Assembly: GCA_044358835.1 (NCBI GenBank)
Contig: JBIKNF010000002.1
Coordinates: forward strand, 9,909 to 73,908
Length of the DNA: 64,000 bases
Source of the DNA: Vampirovibrionales bacterium
GTDB taxonomy: Bacteria > Cyanobacteriota > Vampirovibrionia > Vampirovibrionales > JAJTHC01
Reading direction: 5' to 3'
Shown here: piece by piece, positions 31,070 to 41,131 of the stretch
Position numbering within the stretch: the stretch's first letter is position 1
How the letters are laid out: every line of letters starts with the position of its first letter
Program-made: the position numbers and the translations under genes
Notes under the pieces: generated by a model
The model's input: the letters and a program-made list of their open reading frames with translations, nothing else
Told to the model about the DNA's origin: nothing
The model's database searches: none

Positions 31070-32890
31070 ATGAACGCCACCCCTTCGCTTGCCTTATTTA
31101 ACTCTTCTCAAAAACGAAGCCATTGGGCAGGTCACGTCCGCCCTAGTGATGTTGGCCAACGCATTACCCTAAACGGTTGGGTAGCGGTTAATCGTGATTT
31201 AGGCGGTATTACCTTCATTGAATTGCGTGATCGCACCGGGTTGTTTCAACTGGTGGCGGATCCTCAACACAACCCTGACGTTCATGCCGTTTTGGGCACG
31301 TTAAAAAGTGAATCCGTTATTAGTGTCACAGGCTTGGTGAGCTTGCGTCCAGAAGAAACGATCAATGAAAAATTACCCACCGGCATCATTGAAATATATC
31401 CTGAAAGCGTCACGGTGCTGAGTCGTGCCAAAACCCTCCCCTTCCCCTTAGACGAAGCCGAACACGTCGATGAAGCCCTTCGCCTAAAACACCGTTACTT
31501 AGATTTACGACGCCCCCAAATGTATCAAAACCTTGAATTGCGCCATCGTTTGGCACAGGCCATGCGTGAATACCTCAATGGCGAAGGCTTTTTAGAAATT
31601 GAAACGCCTGTTTTGATTAAATCCACCCCTGAAGGCGCCAGAGATTACTTGGTGCCCAGCCGTGTGAATCCTGCCCATGTCTATGCGTTGCCTCAGTCTC
31701 CGCAATTGTTTAAGCAGATTTTAATGATGTCTGGCATGGAACGCTATTACCAGTTGGCCCGTTGCTTTCGAGACGAAGATTTGCGTGCGGATCGTCAACC
31801 AGAGTTCACGCAAATTGACTTAGAAATGAGTTTCGTCACCCAAGAAGACGTCATGGCCACCATGGAAGGGTTGATTCGTCACATGTTTAAGCAGGCCAAT
31901 GTTCATTTGCCGACGCCTTTCCCTCGTTTAACGTGGCAACAAGCCATGGAAACGTACGGAAGCGACAAGCCCGATTTGCGTTTTGGGCTGACCTTTACGA
32001 ACTTAACGGATGTGTTTAAAGACACCGATTTTGCCGTCTTTAAAGAAGCCGCACAAAAAGGGATTGTCCTTGCCTTAAGAGTGCCTGATGCGGCGAGCTA
32101 CAGCCGTAAAGAACTGGACGACCTGCAAAAACAGGCGCGTCAATATGGGGCCAAAGGCTTGGCGTATATTTTATTAAGTGAAGAAGAAGGCCTTAAATCC
32201 CCGATTTTAAAGTTTTTTAGTGAAGCCGAAACCCAAGCGGTTCTTGAAAAAACACAGGCCCAAACAGGTGATGCCATTTTCTTTATGGCAGACAATCACT
32301 TTAACAAGGCGTGTGAAACACTTGGGCGTTTTCGTCTTCATTTTGCTAAGCGTCACCAGTTAATTGATGAAAACAACCCTCAAATTACGTGGGTCGTGGA
32401 TTTTCCCATGTTTGAAGTCGATGAAGAATCGGGGGCGTTGTCGCCGTGTCATCATCCCTTCACCTCGCCCCACCCTGATGATATGCACTTGCTTGACACC
32501 GATCCCGCGCGTGTGCGGAGCCTGGGCTATGATTTGGCTTACAACGGCGCCGAAATTGGGGGAGGCTCCATTCGGATTCACCAAAGCGAGCTACAAGCCA
32601 AATTGTTGAGTCTGATTGGCTTTACTCCTGAAGAAGCACACAATCAATTTGGCTTTTTGCTCGATGCCCTTGATTTTGGCGCTCCACCCCATGGGGGCTT
32701 GGCCTTTGGGATGGACCGTATTGTGCAGATGCTCACGAATGCTCAAAGCATTCGTGAAGTCATTGCGTTCCCGAAAAACAACGCGGCGCAATGCCTCTTG
32801 ACTTCATCTCCTAGCCTGCCAGATTCCCAACAGCTGGGTGATCTGTACATGCAGTTTGTGCTTCCTCAAAAGGAAGAAACCCCTGTTTAA
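31070..32890 (+). CDS. aspS: Aspartate--tRNA ligase
   Basis: OB-fold N-terminus and class II motifs FRDEDLRADRQPEFTQID and GGGSIRIH, plus a GAD insertion domain. Confidence 0.95.
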   Translation: MNATPSLALFNSSQKRSHWAGHVRPSDVGQRITLNGWVAVNRDLGGITFIELRDRTGLFQLVADPQHNPDVHAVLGTLKSESVISVTGLVSLRPEETINEKLPTGIIEIYPESVTVLSRAKTLPFPLDEAEHVDEALRLKHRYLDLRRPQMYQNLELRHRLAQAMREYLNGEGFLEIETPVLIKSTPEGARDYLVPSRVNPAHVYALPQSPQLFKQILMMSGMERYYQLARCFRDEDLRADRQPEFTQIDLEMSFVTQEDVMATMEGLIRHMFKQANVHLPTPFPRLTWQQAMETYGSDKPDLRFGLTFTNLTDVFKDTDFAVFKEAAQKGIVLALRVPDAASYSRKELDDLQKQARQYGAKGLAYILLSEEEGLKSPILKFFSEAETQAVLEKTQAQTGDAIFFMADNHFNKACETLGRFRLHFAKRHQLIDENNPQITWVVDFPMFEVDEESGALSPCHHPFTSPHPDDMHLLDTDPARVRSLGYDLAYNGAEIGGGSIRIHQSELQAKLLSLIGFTPEEAHNQFGFLLDALDFGAPPHGGLAFGMDRIVQMLTNAQSIREVIAFPKNNAAQCLLTSSPSLPDSQQLGDLYMQFVLPQKEETPV

Positions 32891-32927
32891 ATCCATCTAT
32901 TTGAAGAAGAGTGAGTGACCCCTTACT

Positions 32928-34763
32928 ATGCGTATGACCCGACTATTTGCCAGTACCCTTAGAGACGTCCCCGCTGAAGCCGAAGTCGTCAGTCATCAGT
33001 TGCTGTTGCGCGCGGGTTACATTCGCCGAGTTTCAAGTGGTATCTATAACTTTTTGCCCTTAATGTGGCGCGTGTTAATGAACATTGAACAGATTATTCG
33101 TGAAGAAATGAATGCGGCACAAGCCCAAGAACTGCTGTTGCCCGTGGTGCAACCCGCCACGTTGTGGGAAGCTTCTGGCCGTTGGGCCACTTACGGTAAG
33201 GAACTGCTTCGCTTTACGGACAGGCATGATCGTCCAGGGTGTTTTGCCCCCACCGGTGAAGAAGTCATTACCGCGCTAGGGGGAGCAGAATTGAAGTCGT
33301 ATCGTCAATTGCCCGTGAACTTGTATCAAATCGGCACAAAGTTTCGAGATGAAGTGCGTCCTCGTTTTGGGTTGTTGCGGGGGCGTGAGTTTATTATGAA
33401 AGACGCCTACAGCTTCCATGCCACCCCAGAATGCTTGCAAAAAGAATACGAGGTGATGGCGGATGTGTACAAACGCATTTTTGAGCGTTGTGGCCTAGAA
33501 ACCAAAATGGTGCGTTCAGATTCAGGGGCCATTGGCGGGGATGTAAGCCACGAGTTTATGATGCTTACGAAAGAAGATGCCAATGGCCAAAAATCGGGGG
33601 AAAATGATGTGATTCACTGCCCCACTTGTGGGTATGCTGCAAATGTTGAAAAAGCCGAAGGCGGCTTATGCACCCCCACCACGCTGGATGGCGCCACTCT
33701 CGGCTATGAGCAAGAAGCCATTGTTCCCACCAAAAAAACTACCACCATTGAACTCTTAGAAAAGTGCTTAAATGTGCCCGCCACCTTAATTGCCAAGCAT
33801 TTACTTTATATCGTCAATGAAGAAGTCCCCGTGTTGGTGGTGATTCGTGGCGATCGTCATGTTGAACCAACCAAGCTTAAAAATGCCTTGCACACGGCTG
33901 AACGCCCCGTGCATGAAATACGCCTAGCAAGCGCTGAAGAACTCAAAGAACGCTTTAACACCATTAAAGGCTTTTTAGGGGTGGCTCACCTACAGCAGGC
34001 CATTGTGGAAGCCTCGCCTTCTGAACAACGTTTTAATGAAGCCTTGCAACTGGTGCTAGAACATGGTGAGCGTCTGCCTTTTTTGGTGGAAGCTTCGGTG
34101 GTGGGGATGCACCATTTTGTGATTGCGCATAATAAGTATGACGAGCACACGGTTGGCTTTAATTGGTCTACTACACTTGCCACTTGGGTAAAGACTCACG
34201 CTCAGCCTTTGTATGCGGTTCAAGCCGGCGATGCGTGCCCTGATTGTGCCAGCCCTGTTGCCGTAAGCCGTGGGATTGAAGTTGGCAACATATTTCAACT
34301 AGGCACCAAATACACCGCACCCATGGGTTACACCTTTACGGATGAAGCAGGTAGTGAACAACACGCCCTAATGGGGTGCTACGGCATTGGAGTAACGCGC
34401 GTGGCAGCCGCAACGGTAGAACAGCATCACGATGAGTGGGGCATTATTTGGCCGGCTTCGATTGCCCCTTATAAAATCACGGTAGTGGTGGCCAACACCA
34501 ACGATGAAACGCAAATGCAGGTGGGTGAAGCGGTGTATCAGTCGCTTGCTTGCCATTACCCCGACGGCGTAATTTTAGATGATCGAGATGAACGCGCTGG
34601 CGTAAAGTTTAAGGATGCCGATCTCATGGGATTCCCCATTCGTGTGACGGTGGGTAAGTTTGCGGGCCAAGCTCAGGTGGAAGTGAAACATCGACGTGCC
34701 AAAGAAGCGGAACTGGTGACTGTTGATCATGTTTTAGAGACCGTAAAATCCTTGCTCGCCTAA
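32928..34763 (+). CDS. proS: Proline--tRNA ligase (bacterial type with INS editing domain)
   Basis: LRAGYIRRVSSGIYNFLPLMWRV, class II motif 2/3 and a C-terminal anticodon-binding domain. 611 aa. Confidence 0.95.
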   Translation: MRMTRLFASTLRDVPAEAEVVSHQLLLRAGYIRRVSSGIYNFLPLMWRVLMNIEQIIREEMNAAQAQELLLPVVQPATLWEASGRWATYGKELLRFTDRHDRPGCFAPTGEEVITALGGAELKSYRQLPVNLYQIGTKFRDEVRPRFGLLRGREFIMKDAYSFHATPECLQKEYEVMADVYKRIFERCGLETKMVRSDSGAIGGDVSHEFMMLTKEDANGQKSGENDVIHCPTCGYAANVEKAEGGLCTPTTLDGATLGYEQEAIVPTKKTTTIELLEKCLNVPATLIAKHLLYIVNEEVPVLVVIRGDRHVEPTKLKNALHTAERPVHEIRLASAEELKERFNTIKGFLGVAHLQQAIVEASPSEQRFNEALQLVLEHGERLPFLVEASVVGMHHFVIAHNKYDEHTVGFNWSTTLATWVKTHAQPLYAVQAGDACPDCASPVAVSRGIEVGNIFQLGTKYTAPMGYTFTDEAGSEQHALMGCYGIGVTRVAAATVEQHHDEWGIIWPASIAPYKITVVVANTNDETQMQVGEAVYQSLACHYPDGVILDDRDERAGVKFKDADLMGFPIRVTVGKFAGQAQVEVKHRRAKEAELVTVDHVLETVKSLLA

Positions 34764-34955
34764 TGCTTAGAGGTTCTTTAGAGCAAACGCGATTCAATCT
34801 TTAAACGGTATAAAAGACTCTAGGAGTCCCCACTAGCAACAAGTGGGACTCAAATGGTTTTCATGCTTATACAAGTCTTTTAGACTGTTTTTTAATGTAG
34901 GGCCATCACGTTTCAGGCGTCAAGGGTGGCCTAGCAAGCATAAAGGTTTTTCACT

Positions 34956-37790
34956 ATGGGTTCGGTTAATGCCAGTTCATCAAACAATCCAAACATGCCA
35001 CTGAACCCTTATAATTTACAAGCGGTTGAAAATATCGCGGGAACAGCCCTTGACAAAGTCAATGAAGAGGGCCAATCACTTTCTCAAAAAATGCTTGACA
35101 TGGCTTTAACCATGCAGTTTATGGACGCTGAATCTTCTGAGCGCTTGACTTTGCCTGAAAAAGGGGGTGCGGTGGGATTGGGTCTGGTGTCGTTTTTGGC
35201 GTTTACGCAAATTGCGCATCGTTTAGCGGGATTGGATGCCAACCTTGGCACCCTAACCCCAGAAAGTAAAGCCACCGCCAAAAATAGCCTCATGGGTAAG
35301 CTTGCCCGTGCCGTCGACAAATTTGGCCCCCAAGAAGGACGTTTTAAAAATCTGCCTACGTGGTTAAGGGTCTATATCGGGGATCTACCCACGAATGAAT
35401 ACATGGATCACTGGCTTTTAAATCACGAACATGCGGTGAATGCGACGGCCAGTAAGTTGAGCAAGCATTTAACCACGCCCCCACAACCCAAGTGGCTCAG
35501 TCGATTTTCTCCGCCAAAGCCAGAAAACCCAAATGCCTTTACAAAAGGTTCAGAACTGCCTGAAGGGAGTTTGTTGCAACGCTATATTGCCCAATATACC
35601 GATGTGCACAAGAGGCTAGAAAAGGCGCATGCAGGAAGAAATTATTTCACCCCTTTTCAGGATATTCTTTCTGGCGAACAACAAAAAAAGCTGACGCTTT
35701 CATTGCTCCACCCTTTAATGGAAGCGGACCCTCGTGGTAATTTAGTGCTAGAAGAAAGCACTACGTTTTACCCACACTTTAAAGCATTGTATGAAGAAGC
35801 CTTAGCACACGCTAAACAAAGCCAAAGCCATGACGCCTTGTGGCCATTCCGTCGGCCGAATTCTGGGGTGGGTCACCCCTTGCTGGGGTGGTTTAGACAA
35901 AAAGGGCCAGACGCTTTAACATTTGAGCAATTCATCAAAGAATGTCCGTCTCATTCGTTGAACCATGAAATGAAGCAGATTCTAGAGCTCGTGCCTCATG
36001 ACTCTAAACACTTCCAAGCCCTACAAACAGATGTGCTGAACGACGTACACAAGATCAATCCCTTAAGCGTTAAACGTGCGGTTTTAGAAGCGGTGCATCA
36101 CAATTTGTACCGCAGAAGCCAGATGATTGACCTAGCGCAAGCTCGATTTGTGCCAAAACACGCGCAACAAACCGACGTAAAGGTGGATGTAAAAACACTT
36201 CGAGACTCTATTTTAAGCGTGCAAAGAATTGGCGACAAGGACCACTGGATCCCCTTTAGTCGCTTTGTTTCCAAGCTCTTCACCTCTGATGCCAAACTTA
36301 AGACATTAAGAACCCAAGCAATTAAGGAAATAGAATCCAACCGATCCCATTGGGAACAGTTGCTAGGTCCAGAGGTCGTGCAAAAACACCTTGACGCATT
36401 AGATCTCGCAAATCCCATGAGCAAAGGCGAATTCTTTAAGCGCAATTTAGAATTTGGTAAATATGCCCGTGCACACCTAGAAAGCTTCCAAAAAATACAC
36501 GAAGTCTTGCCTCGTTCCATTAAGCGTTTGGTTCAAAACATTGCGGAACACGAGCAGTTCATCCACAATCAGAAAGAACTTTCTGAAGCATGGGGCGTAA
36601 GTGGTTTGGGTCGCAGTGTGGCATCACTGTGGCGAGGGATGATTGACTTAGTCAAGGTGGGTTTACATGAAACCCCTGAAGAAGTCTTGAAAAACAAGGC
36701 CTTGGCCATGGCGGATTTAAAAAGAGGGGCCACACACCCACTTTCAAACATGTTACAAAGCATTAAAGACCCTCGGTACATGGCCTTCTTTCTATTCGCA
36801 ATGACAGCCTTTAGTGCGGGGTGGGCTGCATTTATGGCAGCGGGTAAGCCTACAAAAGCCAAAGCTTTGCAAGGGCCACAGGCCAAGGCCCCAGTGCCAG
36901 CAACGGCTCAAGCCAAGGCTTCGCAGGCAAGCACCCCTGCGGTGCGTTCAGGCACGGCTGTCTTTCAAGCGCAACCCACGGCTCAACCCACGACGCAAGC
37001 GTCAAAAACGCCTGTGGCAGTCGCTAAAAGTTCACCAGCAAAGGAAGATCGCTTTGTGCTAGGTGAACAGCTCAAAGCAGGCGTACGTTCCTTTTTAGGC
37101 ATGGCGTTGCCCCTGGTAGGTGGCCACCAGCTGATTATGTTCCTTAACCGTGGTAACCCCTTGGGGAAACTAATGGGGGGGCATTACTTAACAAGTTTTA
37201 AGTTCCCTTTTGGTGTAGCTGGTTTACATTGGTTAACAGCAACTGGAGCCGTCATTACTATTGGAAACATGCTGTTTCTTTCAAACCTTTTAGGCCAAGG
37301 GGCTAAAAAAGTGCAAGACAAAAGCGTCGGCAAACCCACGTACTTGGTGGAATATGAAGAACGTGAAAAGGCGGTTTCTGCGCTTGAAGCGATTAAGAAT
37401 CGTCAGTTTAGCGACTTAAAAAAGGAAGACATTGCCCTTATTGCCAAATATCCTGAAGCATCCAAAAAGGCCAAGATTCAGTTGACGCCTGCTCAAATTG
37501 AAGAAGCCTTTCGTTTAGCCGGCCATAAACCTGTTAGAGAAATCGACCCCAAGGAAGCCGCCTTGTTGTACGCCTTGGCACAAAGTGCCAAGAACCCTAC
37601 AGCGACTGAATCTACAGGAATTGGTAAAACATTAACCGCTCAAGAAGCCGCTTTGTTGTATACTTTGGCTCAGCAAGGAAGCGCTTCTACGGGGCCAGCC
37701 GTAGGGGGAACAAAACCTTTGACGGCGCAAGAAGCGGCCTTATTGTACACCTTAGCCCAACCCCCACAAAGTACCCCCAAAAGTATTTAG
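34956..37790 (+). CDS. Large hypothetical membrane-associated protein with C-terminal tandem peptide repeats (effector/Inc-like candidate)
   Basis: 944 aa with hydrophobic segments GGAVGLGLVSFLAFTQIA, YMAFFLFAMTAFSAGWAAFMAAG and GVAGLHWLTATGAVITIGNMLFLSNLLG. The C-terminus carries three copies of (L)TAQEAALLY(A/T)LAQ. Confidence 0.6.
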   Translation: MGSVNASSSNNPNMPLNPYNLQAVENIAGTALDKVNEEGQSLSQKMLDMALTMQFMDAESSERLTLPEKGGAVGLGLVSFLAFTQIAHRLAGLDANLGTLTPESKATAKNSLMGKLARAVDKFGPQEGRFKNLPTWLRVYIGDLPTNEYMDHWLLNHEHAVNATASKLSKHLTTPPQPKWLSRFSPPKPENPNAFTKGSELPEGSLLQRYIAQYTDVHKRLEKAHAGRNYFTPFQDILSGEQQKKLTLSLLHPLMEADPRGNLVLEESTTFYPHFKALYEEALAHAKQSQSHDALWPFRRPNSGVGHPLLGWFRQKGPDALTFEQFIKECPSHSLNHEMKQILELVPHDSKHFQALQTDVLNDVHKINPLSVKRAVLEAVHHNLYRRSQMIDLAQARFVPKHAQQTDVKVDVKTLRDSILSVQRIGDKDHWIPFSRFVSKLFTSDAKLKTLRTQAIKEIESNRSHWEQLLGPEVVQKHLDALDLANPMSKGEFFKRNLEFGKYARAHLESFQKIHEVLPRSIKRLVQNIAEHEQFIHNQKELSEAWGVSGLGRSVASLWRGMIDLVKVGLHETPEEVLKNKALAMADLKRGATHPLSNMLQSIKDPRYMAFFLFAMTAFSAGWAAFMAAGKPTKAKALQGPQAKAPVPATAQAKASQASTPAVRSGTAVFQAQPTAQPTTQASKTPVAVAKSSPAKEDRFVLGEQLKAGVRSFLGMALPLVGGHQLIMFLNRGNPLGKLMGGHYLTSFKFPFGVAGLHWLTATGAVITIGNMLFLSNLLGQGAKKVQDKSVGKPTYLVEYEEREKAVSALEAIKNRQFSDLKKEDIALIAKYPEASKKAKIQLTPAQIEEAFRLAGHKPVREIDPKEAALLYALAQSAKNPTATESTGIGKTLTAQEAALLYTLAQQGSASTGPAVGGTKPLTAQEAALLYTLAQPPQSTPKSI

Positions 37791-37980
37791 TTCAAATCTT
37801 TCGTTTTGCATCAAAATCTTTATTTTCTTTCGTTTATTTATTTTATTTAGTTAATCTTTATTCTTTCGTTTTAAATCTTTCGTTTTTGCCTTAAAATCTT
37901 TAGTTTATTTATTTTCTTTCGTTTCTTTCGTTTCTTTCGTTTCTTTAGTTTTGGTTCTAAATGTTTCGTTTTTAGTTGGA
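37791..37980. repeat. AT-rich degenerate tandem repeat tract. It includes 4x TTTCTTTCG 9-mers (37913-37948) and 4-5 copies of (A)AATCTTTCGTTTT.
   Basis: Read directly. The tract lies between the stop of 34956..37790 and the GTG start of 38007..38336. Confidence 0.8.
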
Positions 37981-38006
37981 AGTTTTTTATTTAAGGAAAG
38001 TCTACC

Positions 38007-38336
38007 GTGCCTGATTCACCCAAAAACCCAAACCCTTCTTCACCTGAACAAACGGCGGACTTGTCGGATCTCCCTTCCCCGCCGGATTTAAGCAAGCGAA
38101 ATGACGCTTCTTCAGAACAAGAAGGAGAAAAAGGTTCACCCAAACCCATTTACCCTAGCACTTACCCACTTTCGCCACAAGCACTCGCTGAACGTTTGCA
38201 GTCGTGGGTGAAAAATCCTCAAGATCCCTTTGACAGGTTAAATCGCTTGCCACAGGTGGATTTGCCTCCTGAAAACATCGCTTACCAAAGTCCCTTTTTA
38301 TTTTACAAAGGCGCCACCCTGAAACCCCCCATGTAA
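38007..38336 (+). CDS. Hypothetical small Pro/Ser-rich protein (GTG start)
   Basis: 109 aa with a biased composition. It is kept because of an upstream RBS-like aaggaaag and because it sits in an ORFan cluster. Confidence 0.35.
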   Translation: MPDSPKNPNPSSPEQTADLSDLPSPPDLSKRNDASSEQEGEKGSPKPIYPSTYPLSPQALAERLQSWVKNPQDPFDRLNRLPQVDLPPENIAYQSPFLFYKGATLKPPM

Positions 38337-38345
38337 TAGGTATAG

Positions 38346-38370
38346 TATAGATAAAATACTATACGGACTG
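38346..38370 (+). repeat. Copy of the recurring intergenic motif (TATAGATAAAA...CGGACTG, with a 7 nt insertion) inside a 9 bp palindrome gtatagtat/atactatac
   Basis: Compared by eye with the sites at 39885, 42766 and 51582. Confidence 0.5.
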
Positions 38371-38377
38371 CCGTTTT

Positions 38378-39802
38378 TTACGGTCGAGGTTTTGCATTGT
38401 TTGCGTGGGGGCGAAAATCTGCCCCGTTGTAGTCAAAGCGTTGTTTCGTAAGGGGTTTTAGGCGAATGTCGAAAGCCAACATAAATGAATCGCCTAGGAA
38501 TCGGGCAAAACCGTTAAATGGCGAGGGCACCAGCGAAGTGACAAATTGCATCAGGGTTGCAAAACCTCCATTGGCCAGCGTGGCGTACGTTTCATTAAAC
38601 AGGTTATGCAAAAACCAAATAAACCCTTTGGCGGGATTTAAACACTGGGCAATGTCAAACATCGAACGTAAGGCCATCCCATCAACGTCATGCCATACTT
38701 TTAACAGCATGCCTAAATCTTTATGGGCATATAAATCAAAGAAGGTTTTATACAGCGCCAAGCGAACGGCCGTTTGCTTTTCATGACGAGAAAGCAGGTG
38801 TAAGTATTCTTTAAAGGTGGCTTCGTTTTGCTGGAGCAAAGGCAAGGGCGTTGGCAAGTGCTGATTCTTTTCAGTAATGCCTTCGTTTAGTCGCTTAATA
38901 TGCCGTATAAAATCCTGCCAATGGCTCAATTTAAGATCTTCCATATGGCCTTTGGGATCGGTTCTAAAGTAAAGATCTTTGGCTTTTGAAAGGGCTTTGG
39001 CTTTGGCATCCAACACGGCGCCAAAAACGGGGATATTACTGATCCAACTATCGACTTGATCTAACGTTCCGCGTTTGCCGTCGACTTTTGGGACGAAGGC
39101 CATAAACAGGGGGGTACTGCTTACCCAACGAACAGGGGCAAAATGAAGTAGACTGTTAATGCCACGGGCTAAAAAGGGCATGTCTTTTTTTTGTTGAAAG
39201 TGAAAGGCGAGCATGGCCTTGGCTTGTTGATCCGGTGTAAGATGCCGAGCGTTTTGAACGCGGTGTTGATAGGTGCTTAGCGCCTTTTGCATTAAGGCCT
39301 GTTGTTTTTTACCCTGTTCGTAGGGTTTAACCGCGTCAAACAAGCCCAACCAATGCCCGCCCAAGTGATTGACTTGCTTTAAGAAGTATTCATACTTACT
39401 GCGGTACTTTTCTTTTCCCTTAATGACGGTGGTGCCTAGTTCAGCGTAGCCTTGTTCATCTAGCAGTAGGCCTGAAAAATCGGCGTTGTTTAAATTCATC
39501 AGTAGTGTTGAGGTCACTGAAGTTGTGGGGGGGTGGTGGGTGAGGTCTTTCATCAATGCTTTGGCCAGTAAGCCACCGCCATAGCTAATGCCCAGGCCAC
39601 CTACTACTAAAGGCCATGACATCACATTATAAACGCTGGCGCCAGACGCCGTAGCCAGCCCAAAAGGCACCCCAAACTTTAGTAAAGTCGCCGTAAGAAG
39701 CTTGCTTTGCTGAGCCATGTTTTTGGGATTAAAGCCACTGCGTTGCAACGCCAAACGCGGCGAAGTGTTGAAAGAAGGTGGCGTTGAAGAAATTTTATAC
39801 AT
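38378..39802 (-). CDS. Hypothetical membrane protein (ORFan)
   Basis: 474 aa with an N-terminal Gly-rich hydrophobic segment LATASGASVYNVMSWPLVVGGLGISYGGGLLAKA and further hydrophobic stretches. Confidence 0.55.
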   Translation of the reverse strand: MYKISSTPPSFNTSPRLALQRSGFNPKNMAQQSKLLTATLLKFGVPFGLATASGASVYNVMSWPLVVGGLGISYGGGLLAKALMKDLTHHPPTTSVTSTLLMNLNNADFSGLLLDEQGYAELGTTVIKGKEKYRSKYEYFLKQVNHLGGHWLGLFDAVKPYEQGKKQQALMQKALSTYQHRVQNARHLTPDQQAKAMLAFHFQQKKDMPFLARGINSLLHFAPVRWVSSTPLFMAFVPKVDGKRGTLDQVDSWISNIPVFGAVLDAKAKALSKAKDLYFRTDPKGHMEDLKLSHWQDFIRHIKRLNEGITEKNQHLPTPLPLLQQNEATFKEYLHLLSRHEKQTAVRLALYKTFFDLYAHKDLGMLLKVWHDVDGMALRSMFDIAQCLNPAKGFIWFLHNLFNETYATLANGGFATLMQFVTSLVPSPFNGFARFLGDSFMLAFDIRLKPLTKQRFDYNGADFRPHANNAKPRP

Positions 39803-39884
39803 AAAACGTGTTTATTGTGCCTGAAAGTAACGGTCAATACAAGGGGACTCATGGGCATAAAGGCATGAACATAAATGGGTGTGC

Positions 39885-39901
39885 TATAGATAAAACGGTC
39901 T
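39885..39901 (+). repeat. Recurring intergenic motif TATAGATAAAACGGTCT, 83 bp upstream of the start codon of 38378..39802
   Basis: Read directly. Confidence 0.6.
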
Positions 39902-40052
39902 GTAATCTGCAAAAAAGAAGTTTAAACCTATTGTAATCAAATGTAACAAAACAAGCACTTACTAAAGCCTCGTGTTTTTATTAGTTTGAGCCTTACATAC
40001 TAAAATTGCTTAGAGACAAACCATATATTCGACATAGAGAGGAACAACTTAC

Positions 40053-41090
40053 ATGAATAACACCACGAGAGTGTTGCCGTTTGATTTTGAACGCTATTTT
40101 TATGGACAAACAAACACTTCAGATTCCAATTACAACGCCACTTCAATTCCCCAAACACCTTACTGGGGTAAAACATTGAATACTTCTAAAAAAAATACGT
40201 CTGTCCCTTCTTTCGAACCATCCAATGAAACGAAAAAATGGGGGATGATGCTTGCCCTTTTTGGTAAAAATAAGACTTTAAAAACACCGAGTCTTCCAAA
40301 GGCTTCAGCAGCAGTGGTTAAACCCGCTGTTTCTAAAAAGGATGAAGACCTCTTAAGCTTACCTCTTTTGGGAGGGGACTTTATTTCAACGCCTGTGGTT
40401 ATGAAACCTAAGAATCCTGCTAAGCCTAAACTTCCTAAAAACGATGTTACCCTTCCTATTTTTGGGGGAGGAGACCTAAGTACACCGAAACCAACCGGCC
40501 CATTCTTGAGCCCTTCATTAAATGACCTTTTTCAGACGCTTACCTTTAAAGGCACCGTAGCAACGGGGCAACGTTCAGGGTACTGGGGTGACCCTCATGT
40601 GCTTGATGCCGAAAGTGCTAATAATCATTTTATCGTCACTGGTCCGGGTACTTATAACTTGTTAAAAGACAAAAACATTGCCCTTTCCGCTGAACATAAA
40701 AAATATGATCGTTGGGCTATTGAAGTGACCAATCAAATTAATCTCGCCTTAGGTACTTCTAACGTGGTATTTAATGCTTACGGAACACCGACCCTTAACG
40801 GTCAAGCCTTGGAACAAGGTAAGCTGATGACCTTACCTGATGGGTCTAGTGTCAATTGGAACGGAACGACCTTAAGTGTGAAGAATGCCAATTTTGGCGA
40901 ATATAATTTAGATGTGACTCGTCAACAAGCTGGCGGTGGAGTCAATTACCTAGACACCTGGATTAACAGCACGTACAAAGGCGTCTTTTCAGACGGCATT
41001 CTACCCACCGGTATTTTAGGTGAAGGCTTTGACATGGACAACCTCGTTCGTACCAAGTTAAACTTTGGCCTTGAAACGTACAAAGTCTAA
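40053..41090 (+). CDS. Hypothetical protein with a GDPHV motif, resembling the metal-ion-inducible autocleavage (MIIA/DUF1521) domain of T3SS effectors such as NopE1
   Basis: 345 aa. The N-terminal half is S/T/K/P-rich. The C-terminal domain contains SGYWGDPHVLDAESANNHF. Confidence 0.5.
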   Translation: MNNTTRVLPFDFERYFYGQTNTSDSNYNATSIPQTPYWGKTLNTSKKNTSVPSFEPSNETKKWGMMLALFGKNKTLKTPSLPKASAAVVKPAVSKKDEDLLSLPLLGGDFISTPVVMKPKNPAKPKLPKNDVTLPIFGGGDLSTPKPTGPFLSPSLNDLFQTLTFKGTVATGQRSGYWGDPHVLDAESANNHFIVTGPGTYNLLKDKNIALSAEHKKYDRWAIEVTNQINLALGTSNVVFNAYGTPTLNGQALEQGKLMTLPDGSSVNWNGTTLSVKNANFGEYNLDVTRQQAGGGVNYLDTWINSTYKGVFSDGILPTGILGEGFDMDNLVRTKLNFGLETYKV

Positions 41091-41131
41091 ACGTGCTTGG
41101 CTTTGCAATTTAGTATAAATCTGTTACAGTA

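Noticed and set aside
36098-36886. Two minus-strand ORFs of 140 and 105 aa
   Set aside because: They sit inside the 944 aa plus-strand gene, and the long uninterrupted plus frame is preferred.
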